DNA of 62,981 bases, counting the filler, from Octopus bimaculoides (lineage: Eukaryota), in NCBI RefSeq assembly GCF_001194135.2. It is 6 parts of 6 records of this genome, joined end to end, with 100 filler letters (N's around TTAATTAATTAA, not from the genome) between each part and the next. Parts side by side here need not be neighbours in the genome. Positions count along the whole stretch, not along the records: positions 26,613 to 54,957 come from NC_068984.1; 5 more parts are not named here. The stretch is one strand, 5' to 3'. Below are positions 42,080 through 53,800 of the stretch, one piece after another (the stretch's first letter is position 1; each line of letters starts with the position of its first letter). The notes beneath the pieces were generated by a model. It saw nothing but the letters and a program-made list of their open reading frames with translations. It was not told the origin of the DNA and did not search any database. The translations under genes were made by a program, and so were the position numbers.

Positions 42080-42248
42080 CAACACGCCATCAAGCCAACA
42101 ACTTCGACCTACTTCAGTGAACAACCAAGGTCACATATCTCCAGGCCACATATCACATAGCAATAGTTCGTCACCGAGCAGCACCCAGGAATACGAGCAA
42201 GGACCCACTGGTTCAAAACGATCTCGAATAGATGGCTGGGCAACATAG
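42080..42248 (+). CDS. Mef2: Mef2 terminal coding exon
   Basis: A long T tract, a 10-N gap and AG, then NTPSSQQLRPTSVNNQGHISPGHISHSNSSSPSSTQEYEQGPTGSKRSRIDGWAT*. The end matches the MEF2 C-terminal NLS motif (MEF2C KRMRLSEGWAT, MEF2A KRMRMDAWVT). The exact 5' boundary is obscured by the gap. Confidence 0.85.
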
Positions 42249-42785
42249 CCTGCTCTCGAGGGTTCCTGTTATGCTTGCTGGTTCGTTTGTGTTTTCTAAA
42301 AGGAGTACGTACACCTGCCTGCTCGCCTGCCTGCCTACCTGCCTGCCTACCAGAGTAGGATGCGGTGGGGTGGGGCAGGGGGGTCACTGAACTGCCACAG
42401 TTACTGATGGTGCCTTTTTTTTGGGAGGGAAAAGTGTAAAGAGTCGGGTAACTGCTGCTGTTTTTTTTTTTTTGGTGTCCCATGTATTAAAAAAAAAAAG
42501 CAAAATTAACAAGAAAAATAGTTTAAAAGAAAAAAAAAACTAAACAAAAAAATAAATTGATAACAACTGAACTAACTAATAATAAATACCACAATAAATA
42601 AATAAAAGAGACAGTTTAATAATAATAATATTAATAATAACAATAATGATAATAATATTAATAATAATAATTGCAGGAATATTTTGCAAGGAGTGATGGT
42701 TTTTTTGTTTCCCAAGACATGTATTCCAGTACTAGGCCAATTGCACAGTTGTACTATGTATAATTCTTGTTGCCTTTTGCTAATT

Positions 42786-42823
<38 letters not shown>

Positions 42824-43036
42824 TAATAATAATAATAATAATAATAATGATAATAATAATTTTGTCTTGGTGTCAATATTTTTGACATTGTATCCAAGAC
42901 AGTTTTTTTTAGCCATTTTCAGGCTCTTGTAGNNNNNNNNNNATAAATATATATATACACATATATAAATATATGTATGTGTGTATATGTATTCATATAT
43001 ATATGTACACATACACATATATATGTACACATACAC

Positions 43037-43077
<41 letters not shown>

Positions 43078-43170
43078 ATGTCTGTTGCTAGAGAATGCAC
43101 CAAGCATTGAAGAGAGGCACAATGCACAAACAAGCACAGCGCCACAACAGCAACATGTTGGCACACATTA
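42249..43170 (+). other. Mef2: Probable Mef2 3' UTR (end undefined)
   Basis: Follows the stop codon. Contains a CCTG cluster (42314-42351), U-rich tracts and several AATAAA around 42580-42605. Confidence 0.5.
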
Positions 43171-43364
43171 CTCTGCCACCCATACAGCAAACAGAAAGAA
43201 AGTTAAAAGTTATGAAGAAGACAACAAAGTTTCCTGCCAGCTTTACTCATTAGGAATTTAAATTCATTGTTTTATTTATTTACTCATTTTTAATTACACA
43301 TTTCCATCATTAACTGTTTTCTTTTAAAACGAACATAGTATTTATTTTTTATTTATTTTTTTTC

Positions 43365-43410
<46 letters not shown>

Positions 43411-45287
43411 GATTAATTATTATGGTTTGTATAACAAAGCTAATGAGTGGACAGACAGACAGATTTTCATTAGATCATTGGATAAAAATGCCTTGCGATA
43501 TTTAGTTACATCCATTTGTATTTTGAGTTCAAGTCTCGCTGAGGTTAACTTTGCCTTTCAGTAGTACCAGTCAAATACTAGGGGTCAGTTCTGGTGACTA
43601 CTATAAGCCCAACCTCACCCTACCACCAACNNNNNNNNNNNNNNNNNNNNNNNNNNNNNNNNNNNNNNNNNNNNNNNNNNNNNNNNNNNNNNNNNNNNNN
43701 NNNNNNNNNNNNNNNNNNNNNNNNNNNNNNNNNNNNNNNNNNNNNNNNNNNNNNNNNNNNNNNNNNNNNNNNNNNNNNNNNNNNNNNNNNNNNNNNNNNN
43801 NNNNNNNNNNNNNNNNNNNNNNNNNNNNNNNNNNNNNNNNNNNNNNNNNNNNNNNNNNNNNNNNNNNNNNNNNNNNNNNNNNNNNNNNNNNNNNNNNNNN
43901 NNNNNNNNNNNNNNNNNNNNNNNNNNNNNNNNNNNNNNNNNNNNNNNNNNNNNNNNNNNNNNNNNNNNNNNNNNNNNNNNNNNNNNNNNNNNNNNNNNNN
44001 NNNNNNNNNNNNNNNNNNNNNNNNNNNNNNNNNNNNNNNNNNNNNNNNNNNNNNNNNNNNNNNNNNNNNNNNNNNNNNNNNNNNNNNNNNNNNNNNNNNN
44101 NNNNNNNNNNNNNNNNNNNNNNNNNNNNNNNNNNNNNNNNNNNNNNNNNNNNNNNNNNNNNNNNNNNNNNNNNNNNNNNNNNNNNNNNNNNNNNNNNNNN
44201 NNNNNNNNNNNNNNNNNNNNNNNNNNNNNNNNNNNNNNNNNNNNNNNNNNNNNNNNNNNNNNNNNNNNNNNNNNNNNNNNNNNNNNNNNNNNNNNNNNNN
44301 NNNNNNNNNNNNNNNNNNNNNNNNNNNNNNNNNNNNNNNNNNNNNNNNNNNNNNNNNNNNNNNNNNNNNNNNNNNNNNNNNNNNNNNNNNNNNNNNNNNN
44401 NNNNNNNNNNNNNNNNNNNNNNNNNNNNNNNNNNNNNNNNNNNNNNNNNNNNNNNNNNNNNNNNNNNNNNNNNNNNNNNNNNNNNNNNNNNNNNNNNNNN
44501 NNNNNNNNNNNNNNNNNNNNNNNNNNNNNNNNNNNNNNNNNNNNNNNNNNNNNNNNNNNNNNNNNNNNNNNNNNNNNNATATATATATGAATTGGTAGAT
44601 ACAAAATCAAAGTGATCCACTTCTGACATCCCTCACCCTTTACTACCTTTTTTCTCTTCTTTTACTTCAAAACCCAAAGAAATGTTGATGAGGCCAAATA
44701 CATAATGATAGTACCATTAATCTTAATTAATGTTTACCAGGAACTGAGTTTGTTTTTCAACCCATTTATCAATCAAGTCCAATGAACATAATCTCATGTA
44801 CCAAAGAAAAAAAGGAAAATAATAATTATAATATTGATAGACTCTCGTATCGAAGACGGTGCAGAAGTGTTCAGCTTTTGCCAAGCAACCTGCACAAATA
44901 ATTTGTTTATAGTGATCAAATGTTCGTGCCGCACATTAGCTGGCTGTCTTCATCAAATCGATGTTGCTTGAACAGATGAACAGTCTACCTTGTATCAGGT
45001 GTAGAAGTGATCGCATAGCAATGTGAGATGTAGTGTTTTGTTCAACAACACAACATACCACCCAGTCTAGAAATTGAAACTGCGATCTCACAATCGTGAA
45101 TGCAACACCGTAACCACTAAGCTATGTGCCCCCACTGTAACAGTAGTAATAATAATGATGGATTCTCCCGTCGAAGACAATGCACGAGTGTTCAGTTTTC
45201 TGCCGAATGACCTGCACAAATGATTTGTTTATAGTGACCAAATGTATGCGCCCTCATCATAACAACAACAATAATAATAATAATAAC

Positions 45288-45324
<37 letters not shown>

Positions 45325-45325
45325 G

Positions 45326-45520
45326 CAGGAGATAAGAATACAGGTCATTAAAAAGGGTGAGTATTGTACATGTTGTTGGTGCCCTGAGCACTGTCAGTAC
45401 AAAACTCTCAAACTAGATTGGAAACATAGGAGTAAATATGGAAATGGAATATTTACAGAAAACGGTGTTGCTTGGAACTGCCTGCGCGAACCCTCGAAAA
45501 AGTTCTCGAGAACTGAATGA
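45326..45520 (+). mobile_element. 5'-truncated R4/Dong-like LINE 3' end following (AAT)n
   Basis: VVGALSTVSTKLSN*IGNIGVNMEMEYLQKTVLLGTA... matches the C-terminus of restriction-like-endonuclease LINEs. Confidence 0.65.
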
Positions 45521-46834
45521 AGAACATTACCTTAGTCCACTGGTTGTGGACAGCTGACTCTTTGTTAGATCCCTCAGGGAAGCATTGCTTCTAGCCTTTT
45601 GTTCTGAATACAAATGTTGCCGTGGTCTACTTCACCTTTCATCCTTTGGGAGTGGATTGAATAAGTACCTGTTGAGTACTGGGGTTGATGTAGTTCTCTA
45701 GCTCCCTTCCCCCAAATTTCAGGCCTTGTGCCTATAGTAGAAAGACTTCTTATTAAGGCAGTGAGCTGGCAGAATAGTCAGCACACCAGATAAAAATGCC
45801 TGGCAGCATTTCTTCCATTTCTTTACATTATGGGATCAAGTTCCACTGAGGTCAACTTTGCCTTTCATCGTTTTGGAGGTCAAGAAATAAGTACCATTTG
45901 AGCACTGGGGTTGATGTAATCAACTAAACCCCTCACCACAAAAAAAAAAGGCAGTGAACTGGCAGAATCATTCACATGCTGGACAAAATGCTTTGCAACA
46001 TTTTGTCCCTCTTCGTGTTCTGAGTTCGAATTCTGCCAAGGCCATTCATCATTTTGGGGTCGATAAAATAAGTATCAGTTGAGAACTGGGGTTGACGTAA
46101 TCAACTAGTCCCCATTCCCAAAATTTCAGGCCTTGTACCAATAGTAGAAAGGATTATTATTATTANNNNNNNNNNNNNNNNNNNNNNNNNNNNNNNNNNN
46201 NNNNNNNNNNNNNNNNNNNNNNNNNNNNNNNNNNNNNNNNNNNNNNNNNNNNNNNNNNNNNNNNNNNNNNNNNNNNNNNNNNNNNNNNNNNNNNNNNNNN
46301 NNNNNNNNNNNNNNNNNNNNNNNNNNNNNNNNNNNNNNNNNNNNNNNNNNNNNNNNNNNNNNNNNNNNNNNNNNNNNNNNNNNNNNNNNNNNNNNNNNNN
46401 NNNNNNNNNNNNNNNNNNNNNNNNNNNNNNNNNNNNNNNNNNNNNNNNNNNNNCTGTAGAAGGATTATTATTATTATTTGCTTTTCTGTTTCATCATCAT
46501 CTCAGTCTTTTTCTCTCATCTACAACATTGGCCAAAACCAATAATTCAGTGACCCGATAGAGTCCTTAGACCATTGGACAGAATACTCTGCAGTATTTAT
46601 TCTGATCTGATTCTCTATGCTCTGAGTTCAAATCTAACCAGAGTCAACTTAGCCTTTTACTCTTTTGATTTTGATAAAATCTATGGAGATGTAAAGAATG
46701 TCAGACTGGATGTCTTCTGTTTCAGCTCTTTGCATCCTCAGTTCAGACACCACTAAGGCCAACTTAATCTACAATTAATTTCCAAGGCACTGGCACCTTC
46801 GAAAGAACATCTCCCTAGATAAATCGTCTTTGTT

Positions 46835-46947
46835 TCATGTATGTGGGCCAAGTATCCTGTTCATTGGTGGTGGGCGTTTGCTTTTTTTTCCTCCCTGTAA
46901 TGAGTCTCGGAGGTCCTGTATGGAGATCATGAGTGCTTCTTTCATAC
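46835..46947 (-). CDS. Terminal coding exon of an unidentified gene
   Basis: Long T tract, then gttatcatttagtcag| acceptor. Phase-1 frame reads (G)MKEALMISIQDLRDSLQGGKKSKRPPPMNRILGPHT*. Unique sequence among repeats. Confidence 0.55.
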
Positions 46948-47087
46948 CTGACTAAATGATAACAAAAAAAAAAAAAAAAAAAAGAAAAGAAAATCACAGC
47001 AAAAAAACCTCACATACTCACTGCTGCTATCCTGAAAGAAATATATAACAAACAACAAACAAAATTCCAAAACAAATTAACGATTAC

Positions 47088-47480
47088 AGATGCAGGAGCG
47101 GCTGTGTGGTAAGTAGCTTGCTTACTAACTACATGGTTCCGGGTTCAGTCCTACTGCGTGGCACCTTGGGGCAAGTGTCTTCTACTATAGCCTCGGGCTG
47201 ACCAAAGCCTTGTGAGTGGATTTGGTAGACAGAAACTGAAAGAAGCCCGTCGTATATATGTATATATATGTGTGTGTTTGTGTGTCTGTGTTTGTCCCCC
47301 CCACCATCGCTTGACAACCGATGTTGGTGTGTTTACGTCCCTGTAACTTAGCGGTTCGGCAAAAGAAACCGATAGAGTAAGTACTGGGCTTACAAAGAAT
47401 AAGTCCTGGGGTCGATTTGCTCGACTAAAGGCAGTGCTCCAGCATGGCCACAGTCAAATGACTGAAACAAATAAAAGAGT
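47088..47480 (+). mobile_element. Composite SINE copy
   Basis: Same modules as 30286-30685. Confidence 0.9.
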
Positions 47481-48269
47481 AATTATTTACATGGAAATTT
47501 TTCTTTTCTCATTATATTAAGAATGGCCAATCAATATTTTATTCCTTCACTCTTTTTTGTTGTTGTTATTGTATTGGTTTATATTGTTGTTGTTTTTGTT
47601 ATTATTGTAGTTTTCACTGTTCTTTTTGTTGTTGAAATGTTTTCAGTTTTTTGTTGTTATTGTTGGGAAATATTTCGTTATTGTTGATTTTGTTTTTTGT
47701 TGTTTTTATTTCTTTTAATCTTCCTTTCACTGAGTATTGTCATTCTCTTTGTTGTTTTTATTATTATTATTATTATTATCACTATCATTAGTTTTAAAGT
47801 GGCGAGCTGGCAGAATCATTAGCAAGCCAGGCAAAATGCTTTATGGCATTTGGTCTGTCTTTACATTCTGAGTTCAAATTCTGCTGAGGTCAACTTTGCC
47901 TTTCATCCTTTCGGGGTCGATAAAATAAGTACCAGTTGAATACTAGAGTCAGTGTAATCAACTAGTCTCTTCCCTAAAATTTTTCAGGCCTTGTGCCTTT
48001 AGTGGAAAGGATTATAATTATTATTATTATCATTATTATTATTATTATTATTATTATGGCAGTGAGCTAGCAGAATCGTTAGTACGCCGAGCGAAATGAT
48101 TAGCGGTATTTCCTCTGCCGCTATGCTCTGAGTTCAAATTCTGCTGTGGTCAACTTTGCCTTTCATCCTTTCGGGGTCAGTTAAATAAGTTGCAGTTATG
48201 CACTGGGGTCGATGTAATCGACATACCCACTCCCTTCAAATTTCAGGCCTTGTGCCTATAATAGAAAGG

Positions 48270-48305
<36 letters not shown>

Positions 48306-49384
48306 TAAGGTGGCGAGCTGGCAAAATTGTTAGCATGCTGGACGAAATGCTTAGTGGTATTTCACCCCTTCTCTACATGTTGCGTTCAAATTCCACCGAG
48401 GTCAACTTTGCCTTTCATCTTTTCGGGGTCGATAAATTGAGTTCCAGTGAAACACTGGGGTCAATGTAATCGACTAACCCCCTTCCCCCCAAATTCCAGG
48501 CCTTGTGCCTTTAGTAGAAAGGATTATTATTATTATTTTTAGTTTTAAAGTGGCAAGCTGACAGAATCGTGAGCATGCCTGATGAAATACGTAACTGCAT
48601 TTCGTCCATTCTTATGCTCTGAGTTCAAATTCTGCCAAGGTCAACTTTGCCTTTCATCCTTTTAGGGGTTGATAAAATAAGTACCAGTTGTGCTCTGGGG
48701 TCAAGATAACTGACTTCCCCTTCCCTCAAATTTGCTGGCCTTGTGCCTATGATAAAAAAAAATTATTATTGTTATTATTTAAAAAGAAGCAAGCTGGCAA
48801 AATCATTACTGCACCAGACAAAACGCTTGACAGCATTTCTTCTGGCACTTTACCCTCTGAGCCCAATCTCTCCAAGATTGGCTTTGCCTTTTATCTTTTT
48901 GGAGGTTGATAAAATAAAGTGCAAGTCAAGTAATGGGGTCAATGTAATTGACTAACCCTCTTCTCTCATAACTATTGGCCTTATGCCAAAACCATTAAGA
49001 GGTCAAGCTGGCAGAATTGTTAGCATGCCAGACAAAATGGTTAGCAACATTTCTTGTGGCTTTGCATTCTGAATTCAGATTCCACCAAGGTTGACTTTAT
49101 TTTTCATCTTTTCAGGGTAGATGAAATAAGTACCAGTCAAGTACTGGGGTTCAGTGTAATCAACTGGGCCCTTCCCCACAAAGTATCAGGGCCTTGTGCC
49201 TAAAGTAGAAAAATGATTATTATTATTTTGGTTGTAGATTGTCGGAATCATTAGAGAATTGGACAAAATGCCTTGTGGTATTCTATTGTGTACTTTTACA
49301 TTCTGGGTTCAAATCTGTCTTTCATCCCCCCATGTCCCATAATGTGAGTATCCAATAAAGTTTTAGGATCAATCTCAATCAGTG

Positions 49385-49767
49385 CAGAAGTGGCTGTGTG
49401 GTAAGTAGCTTGCTTACCAACCACATGGTTCCGGGTTCAGTCCTACTGCATGGCACCTTGGGCAAGTGTCTTCTACTATAGCCTTGGACCGACCAAAGCC
49501 TTGTGAGTGGATTTGGTAGACGGAAACTGAAAGAAGCCCGTCGTATATATGTATATATATATGTTTGTGTGTCTGTGTTTGTTCCCCCACCATCGCTTGA
49601 CAACCGATGCTGGTGTGTTTACATCCCCCGTAACTTAGTGGTTCAGCAAAAAGAGACCGATAGAATAAGTACTAGGCTTACAAAGAATAAGTCCTGGAGT
49701 CGATTTTCTCGACTAAAGGCGGTGCTCCAGCATGGCCGCAGTCAAATGACTGAAACAAGTAAAAGAG
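49385..49767 (+). mobile_element. Composite SINE copy
   Basis: Same modules as 30286-30685. Confidence 0.9.
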
Positions 49768-49794
49768 AGAACTCTACTATTTTTTTCCACTCAC

Positions 49795-49828
49795 CTTCAA
49801 AAAACATTTTCGAGGCTTTGCACTTATG
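49795..49828 (-). CDS. 34-nt exon of the same unidentified gene
   Basis: Acceptor tatttctag| and donor GAAG|gtgagt. Reads HKCKASKMFFE(G); its phase-1 end matches the terminal exon. Confidence 0.5.
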
Positions 49829-50108
49829 CTAGAAATACTTGTTGCTATGCCAATGCTAAGTGGGAAGCTGACAGGATCATTAGAGAATCACAAAAAAAAA
49901 AAAAAAAAAATGCTTTGCAGCATTCTTTTCACCTGTTTTCATTCTGAGTTCAAATCCTACTGTGGCCAACTTTGCTTTTCATCCTATCAAGGTCAGTAAG
50001 ACAAACTACCAGTCACATGCTGTGGTCTATTGTATCAACTGCTCTTCCTCCCACCACAATTGTTGGGTTTGTGCTTAAATCACAAAACATTATTATCATT
50101 ATCATTAC

Positions 50109-50177
<69 letters not shown>

Positions 50178-51427
50178 GGTGGCATGCTGGCAGAGTCGTT
50201 AGCATGCTGGATGAAATGCTTAGTGGTATTTTTGCCCATCGCTATGTTCTGAGTTCAAATTCTGCGAAGGTTGACTTTACCTTTCATCCTTTTGGAGGTG
50301 GTCAATAAATAAAGTACCAGTTATGTACTGGGGTCAATGTAATCGACTTAATCCCTTCCCTCAAATTTGAGGCCTTGTACTTCCAGTAGAAAGGATTATT
50401 ATTATTATTATTATTATTATTAAGGCGGTGAGCTGGCACAGTCGTTTGCCAGGCAAAATGCTTGGAGGCATTTCATCCATCTTTACATTCTGAGTTCAGA
50501 TCCCACCGGCACCAACTCTGCCTTTCATGTCTTTGAGGTTGATACAATACATACCAGTTGCGCACTGGGGGAAAATAATCAACTTAACCCTCACCCAAAA
50601 CTGTTGGCCTTGTGCCAAAATTTGAAATCATTATTATTATTATTATTACTGATAGGTATAGGCATGACTTTATGGTTAAGAAGTTTATTTCACGATCATG
50701 TGGTTTGGAGGGTCATTCCATTACGTAGAACCTAGAGTCTCAGTTTAACCAAAACTTTGTGAGTAAAGTTAGCAGACAGAAATTGTATGTATAAATGTGT
50801 GCATATGCATGTATATTTTATAGACACAAAGGGAAAGAAAAAGAAGGAAAAAATTACAAGCCAACACATAAAAAAAGGAACCATATTTTCAAGAAATAAC
50901 AAAGAAAAAATAAGCGAAAGAAAGTTACTTAGCAAAACTGTGTATTAGATCTATTTTCCTTTTAAATATAACAGTGACAACCACAACAACAATAATAATA
51001 ATAATGATAATGATGATAATAACAAAAATAATAAAAATATTGTTCTCATGGGTGTAGACCACTTCCTAAGAAGAAAGACAGTCAACCTGAGAATATTTTA
51101 ATCTTTTAAAAGATTCAGATATCCTCAGCTCGACCATCTTTTTTTTTTAAGATATGATCTGTGCCTAATGAGAATATTTTTTTATTATTTTTATTGTTAT
51201 TGTATTTAAAGAGAAAATAAATTTAATATACAGTTTTGTAAAATAACTTTTCCAGTTACTTCCTGTTTTTTTTTTTTTTTATTTCTCGAAATTATTGTTT
51301 GTTTTTTATGTGTTCATAATTTCTTGTCTCTTTTTCTTTTCAGTTATGGTTATAATACATAGGCAGACGTTTATATATATGCATGCACGCATACATACAT
51401 GCAAGCATAAGCAGTGGGTCTTCATAC

Positions 51428-51502
51428 AGCTTCAAAAACTGCAAATATTAGAGCCCAAACTTTTAACAAAACCTCAATTCTTGGTATTTTGGTCTTCTTT
51501 TC
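51428..51502 (-). CDS. Candidate 75-nt upstream exon of the unidentified gene
   Basis: Acceptor atatatttcag| and donor GCT|gtatga. Only phase 0-0 is open (EKKTKIPRIEVLLKVWALIFAVFEA), which is the phase the 34-nt exon needs. Confidence 0.3.
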
Positions 51503-51682
51503 CTGAAATATATCATTGCTACTTATAGGTAATACCCCTCCATAGTAAAACGTCTAACTTGTTGTTTCTTGAGGTTTCTGAGTGAGATTTTGGACAGCTT
51601 GTATAAAATAGCAACAATAACAATGAAATAATAATAATAATAATAATAATGATAATAATTTTACACCTCACATAGTTCATCC

Positions 51683-51902
51683 TAAGCTGAACAACTATGA
51701 TGAATTGAAGTGGGAAATGTGCAGGTTGTAGGCAATAAAGAGAGTGGACATGATACCAATAGTAATTAGCATGCTTGGAAGTTTCTGCACCAAACTACCA
51801 ACATGGCTCAAAAAGATTGGTACAGATATAAAGATAGAATGCTTACTAAAATCATTCTTGCTTGGAACTGCAAAAATTCTCTGCAGAGTTCTTGAAGCAT
51901 GA
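51683..51902 (+). mobile_element. 5'-truncated R4/Dong-like LINE 3' end next to (AAT)n
   Basis: KLNNYDELKWEMCRL*AIKRVDMIPIVISMLGS...LLKSFLLGTAKILCRVLEA*; homologous to 45326. Confidence 0.75.
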
Positions 51903-52123
51903 TCAGTAAACAAATGACACTATCCATTATACCCGGCAAAATAAGCTGAGAGTTTTCATCAAATAATAATAATGATGATGGTGGTAATGTAGAACCTGAA
52001 GACAGAAACAATCCCTATGATGATAGGTGCTTTAAGTATGGTAAAAAAAAAAACATACAGACAAAAACTTAGCCCAAACCCCAGGCTTATGAATATGTAT
52101 ATTTATATATATGTATATACATG

Positions 52124-52163
<40 letters not shown>

Positions 52164-53415
52164 TCATCATCATCGTCATTTAACATCCGCTTTCCATGCT
52201 AGCATGGGTTGGACGATTTGACTGAGGACTGGTGAACCAGATGGCTACACCAGGCTCCAATCTGATTTGGCAGAGTTTCTACAGCTGGATGCCTTTCCTA
52301 ACACCAACCACTCCGAGAGTGTAGTGGGTGCTTTTACGTGCCACCTGCACAGGAGCCAGTCCAGCGGTACTGGCAATGAATTCGCTCGAATGTCACACAC
52401 ATACAGCAAGCAGAAAATAGTACTACTAGATGTTACACTCATCTTACATAGAGCAATTTCAACACAATAAAAATAAAATATGAAAACAAACCACTGTACT
52501 TAGCCAAGGCATACAATAAAAATAAGACTTCAGAATAATAATTATGATGAAGGGAATTTTTTTTGCTTGACCAAAAGATAACTATTTTTTGAGTGGGGTT
52601 GTGTTTTAGTCAAACTAATAGCAACGGTGTGTTGGTGTTTTATTCTGTTGATGTCAGAGTAGTATAAAATGCAATGTTGAATTTCATATCTGTCTCAGCT
52701 TGAAAACTTAATGCTATGAAACACTTCTATATTATGCGCTTTGCTTATGAAGATAAGAATGATAATGCACATGATGCTGAAAAATATTTCTTAATTAGGC
52801 ATAATTAAGACTACTTTTTCATTAGGAGAAGTAAATTAATAGAATTAATCCCAGTACAATTCTGCTTTATTGGCATATTCATTGATCCTTGCTATTCAAA
52901 AGGCAATATCAATCCTTTCCACCAGAGGTTTAAATTCTGAACTGAAACAAATGAAGCCTAGTAGTCTTAGTACTGCCATGCATTTAATGAGACCAGGCAA
53001 ACGTAAACCAGGTGGCTGAATGATTAAGGGAACGAACAACCAGCTTCAGGTTGATTCCACTACATTTCCTTGACTTTTGAACACCACAATTCTACACCAT
53101 CTGTGTGTATGTGAATCCTATATATAATACAAGTTTCAGATTATATGGGAAAGTTTCTTCTCCTGGGGTAAACTGACATGCTGTTCAAAAGAGAGTATTG
53201 GAAGAAAAATATTTTATGTAGCATTTGCTTTTATTTTTTACTTGTTTTAGTCACTGAACTGCAGCCATGCTGGTGTACTGTCTTGAAGGATTTAATCAAG
53301 CAAATTATCCTCAGTACTTCTAAATTAAAGTCTAGTATTTCTATCAATTTATTTTGCTAAACTAACAAGTTGTGTGAGGACAAACACACACATGTGTGTG
53401 TGTATGTAAATATAT

Positions 53416-53454
<39 letters not shown>

Positions 53455-53494
53455 AATATATTTGTATGTGTGTGTGTTTGTTGTTGTTGGCACT

Positions 53495-53800
53495 CCGTCG
53501 CTTACGACTACGAGGTTTCCAGTTGATCCGATCAACAGAACAGCCTGCTCGTGAAATTAACGTACAAGTGGCTGAGCACTCCACTGACACGTGTACCGTT
53601 AACGTAGTTCTCGGGGATATTCAGCGTGATACGGTGTGACAAGGCTGGCCCTTTGAAATACAGGTACAACAGAAACAGGAAGTAAGAGTGAGAGAAAGTT
53701 GTGGTGGAAGAGTACAGCAGGGTTCTCCACCATCCCCTGCCGGAGCCTCGTGGAGCTTTAGGTATTTTCGCTCAATAAACACTCACAACGCCCAGTCTGG
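53495..53800 (-). mobile_element. SINE-like repeat with (CAA)n tail
   Basis: Minus strand ends gtcgtaagcgacggagtgccaacaacaac. CpG-rich relative to its flanks, so probably a young insertion. Confidence 0.55.

Larger units (their letters stand above)
45600..50640 (+). repeat. Head-to-tail array of about 14 same-orientation ~220-bp SINE copies separated by (ATT)n
   Basis: Unit ggc(g/a)g(c/t)gagctggcagaatcgttagc...ctgagttcaaatt...ctttgcctttcatcc...ggccttgtgcc..agtagaaaggattatt recurs near 45755, 45950, 47797, 48058, 48308, 48548, 48790, 49000, 49855, 50177 and 50422, plus partial copies. Confidence 0.9.

Noticed and set aside
532-44629. Long ORF-track entries made of X, or of YI/CV/HT repeats
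   Set aside because: These are translations of N gaps and dinucleotide microsatellites.
45600-50640. Repeat-spacer periodicity reminiscent of a CRISPR array
   Set aside because: Units are ~220-bp diverged SINEs separated by microsatellites in an animal genome; no cas genes.
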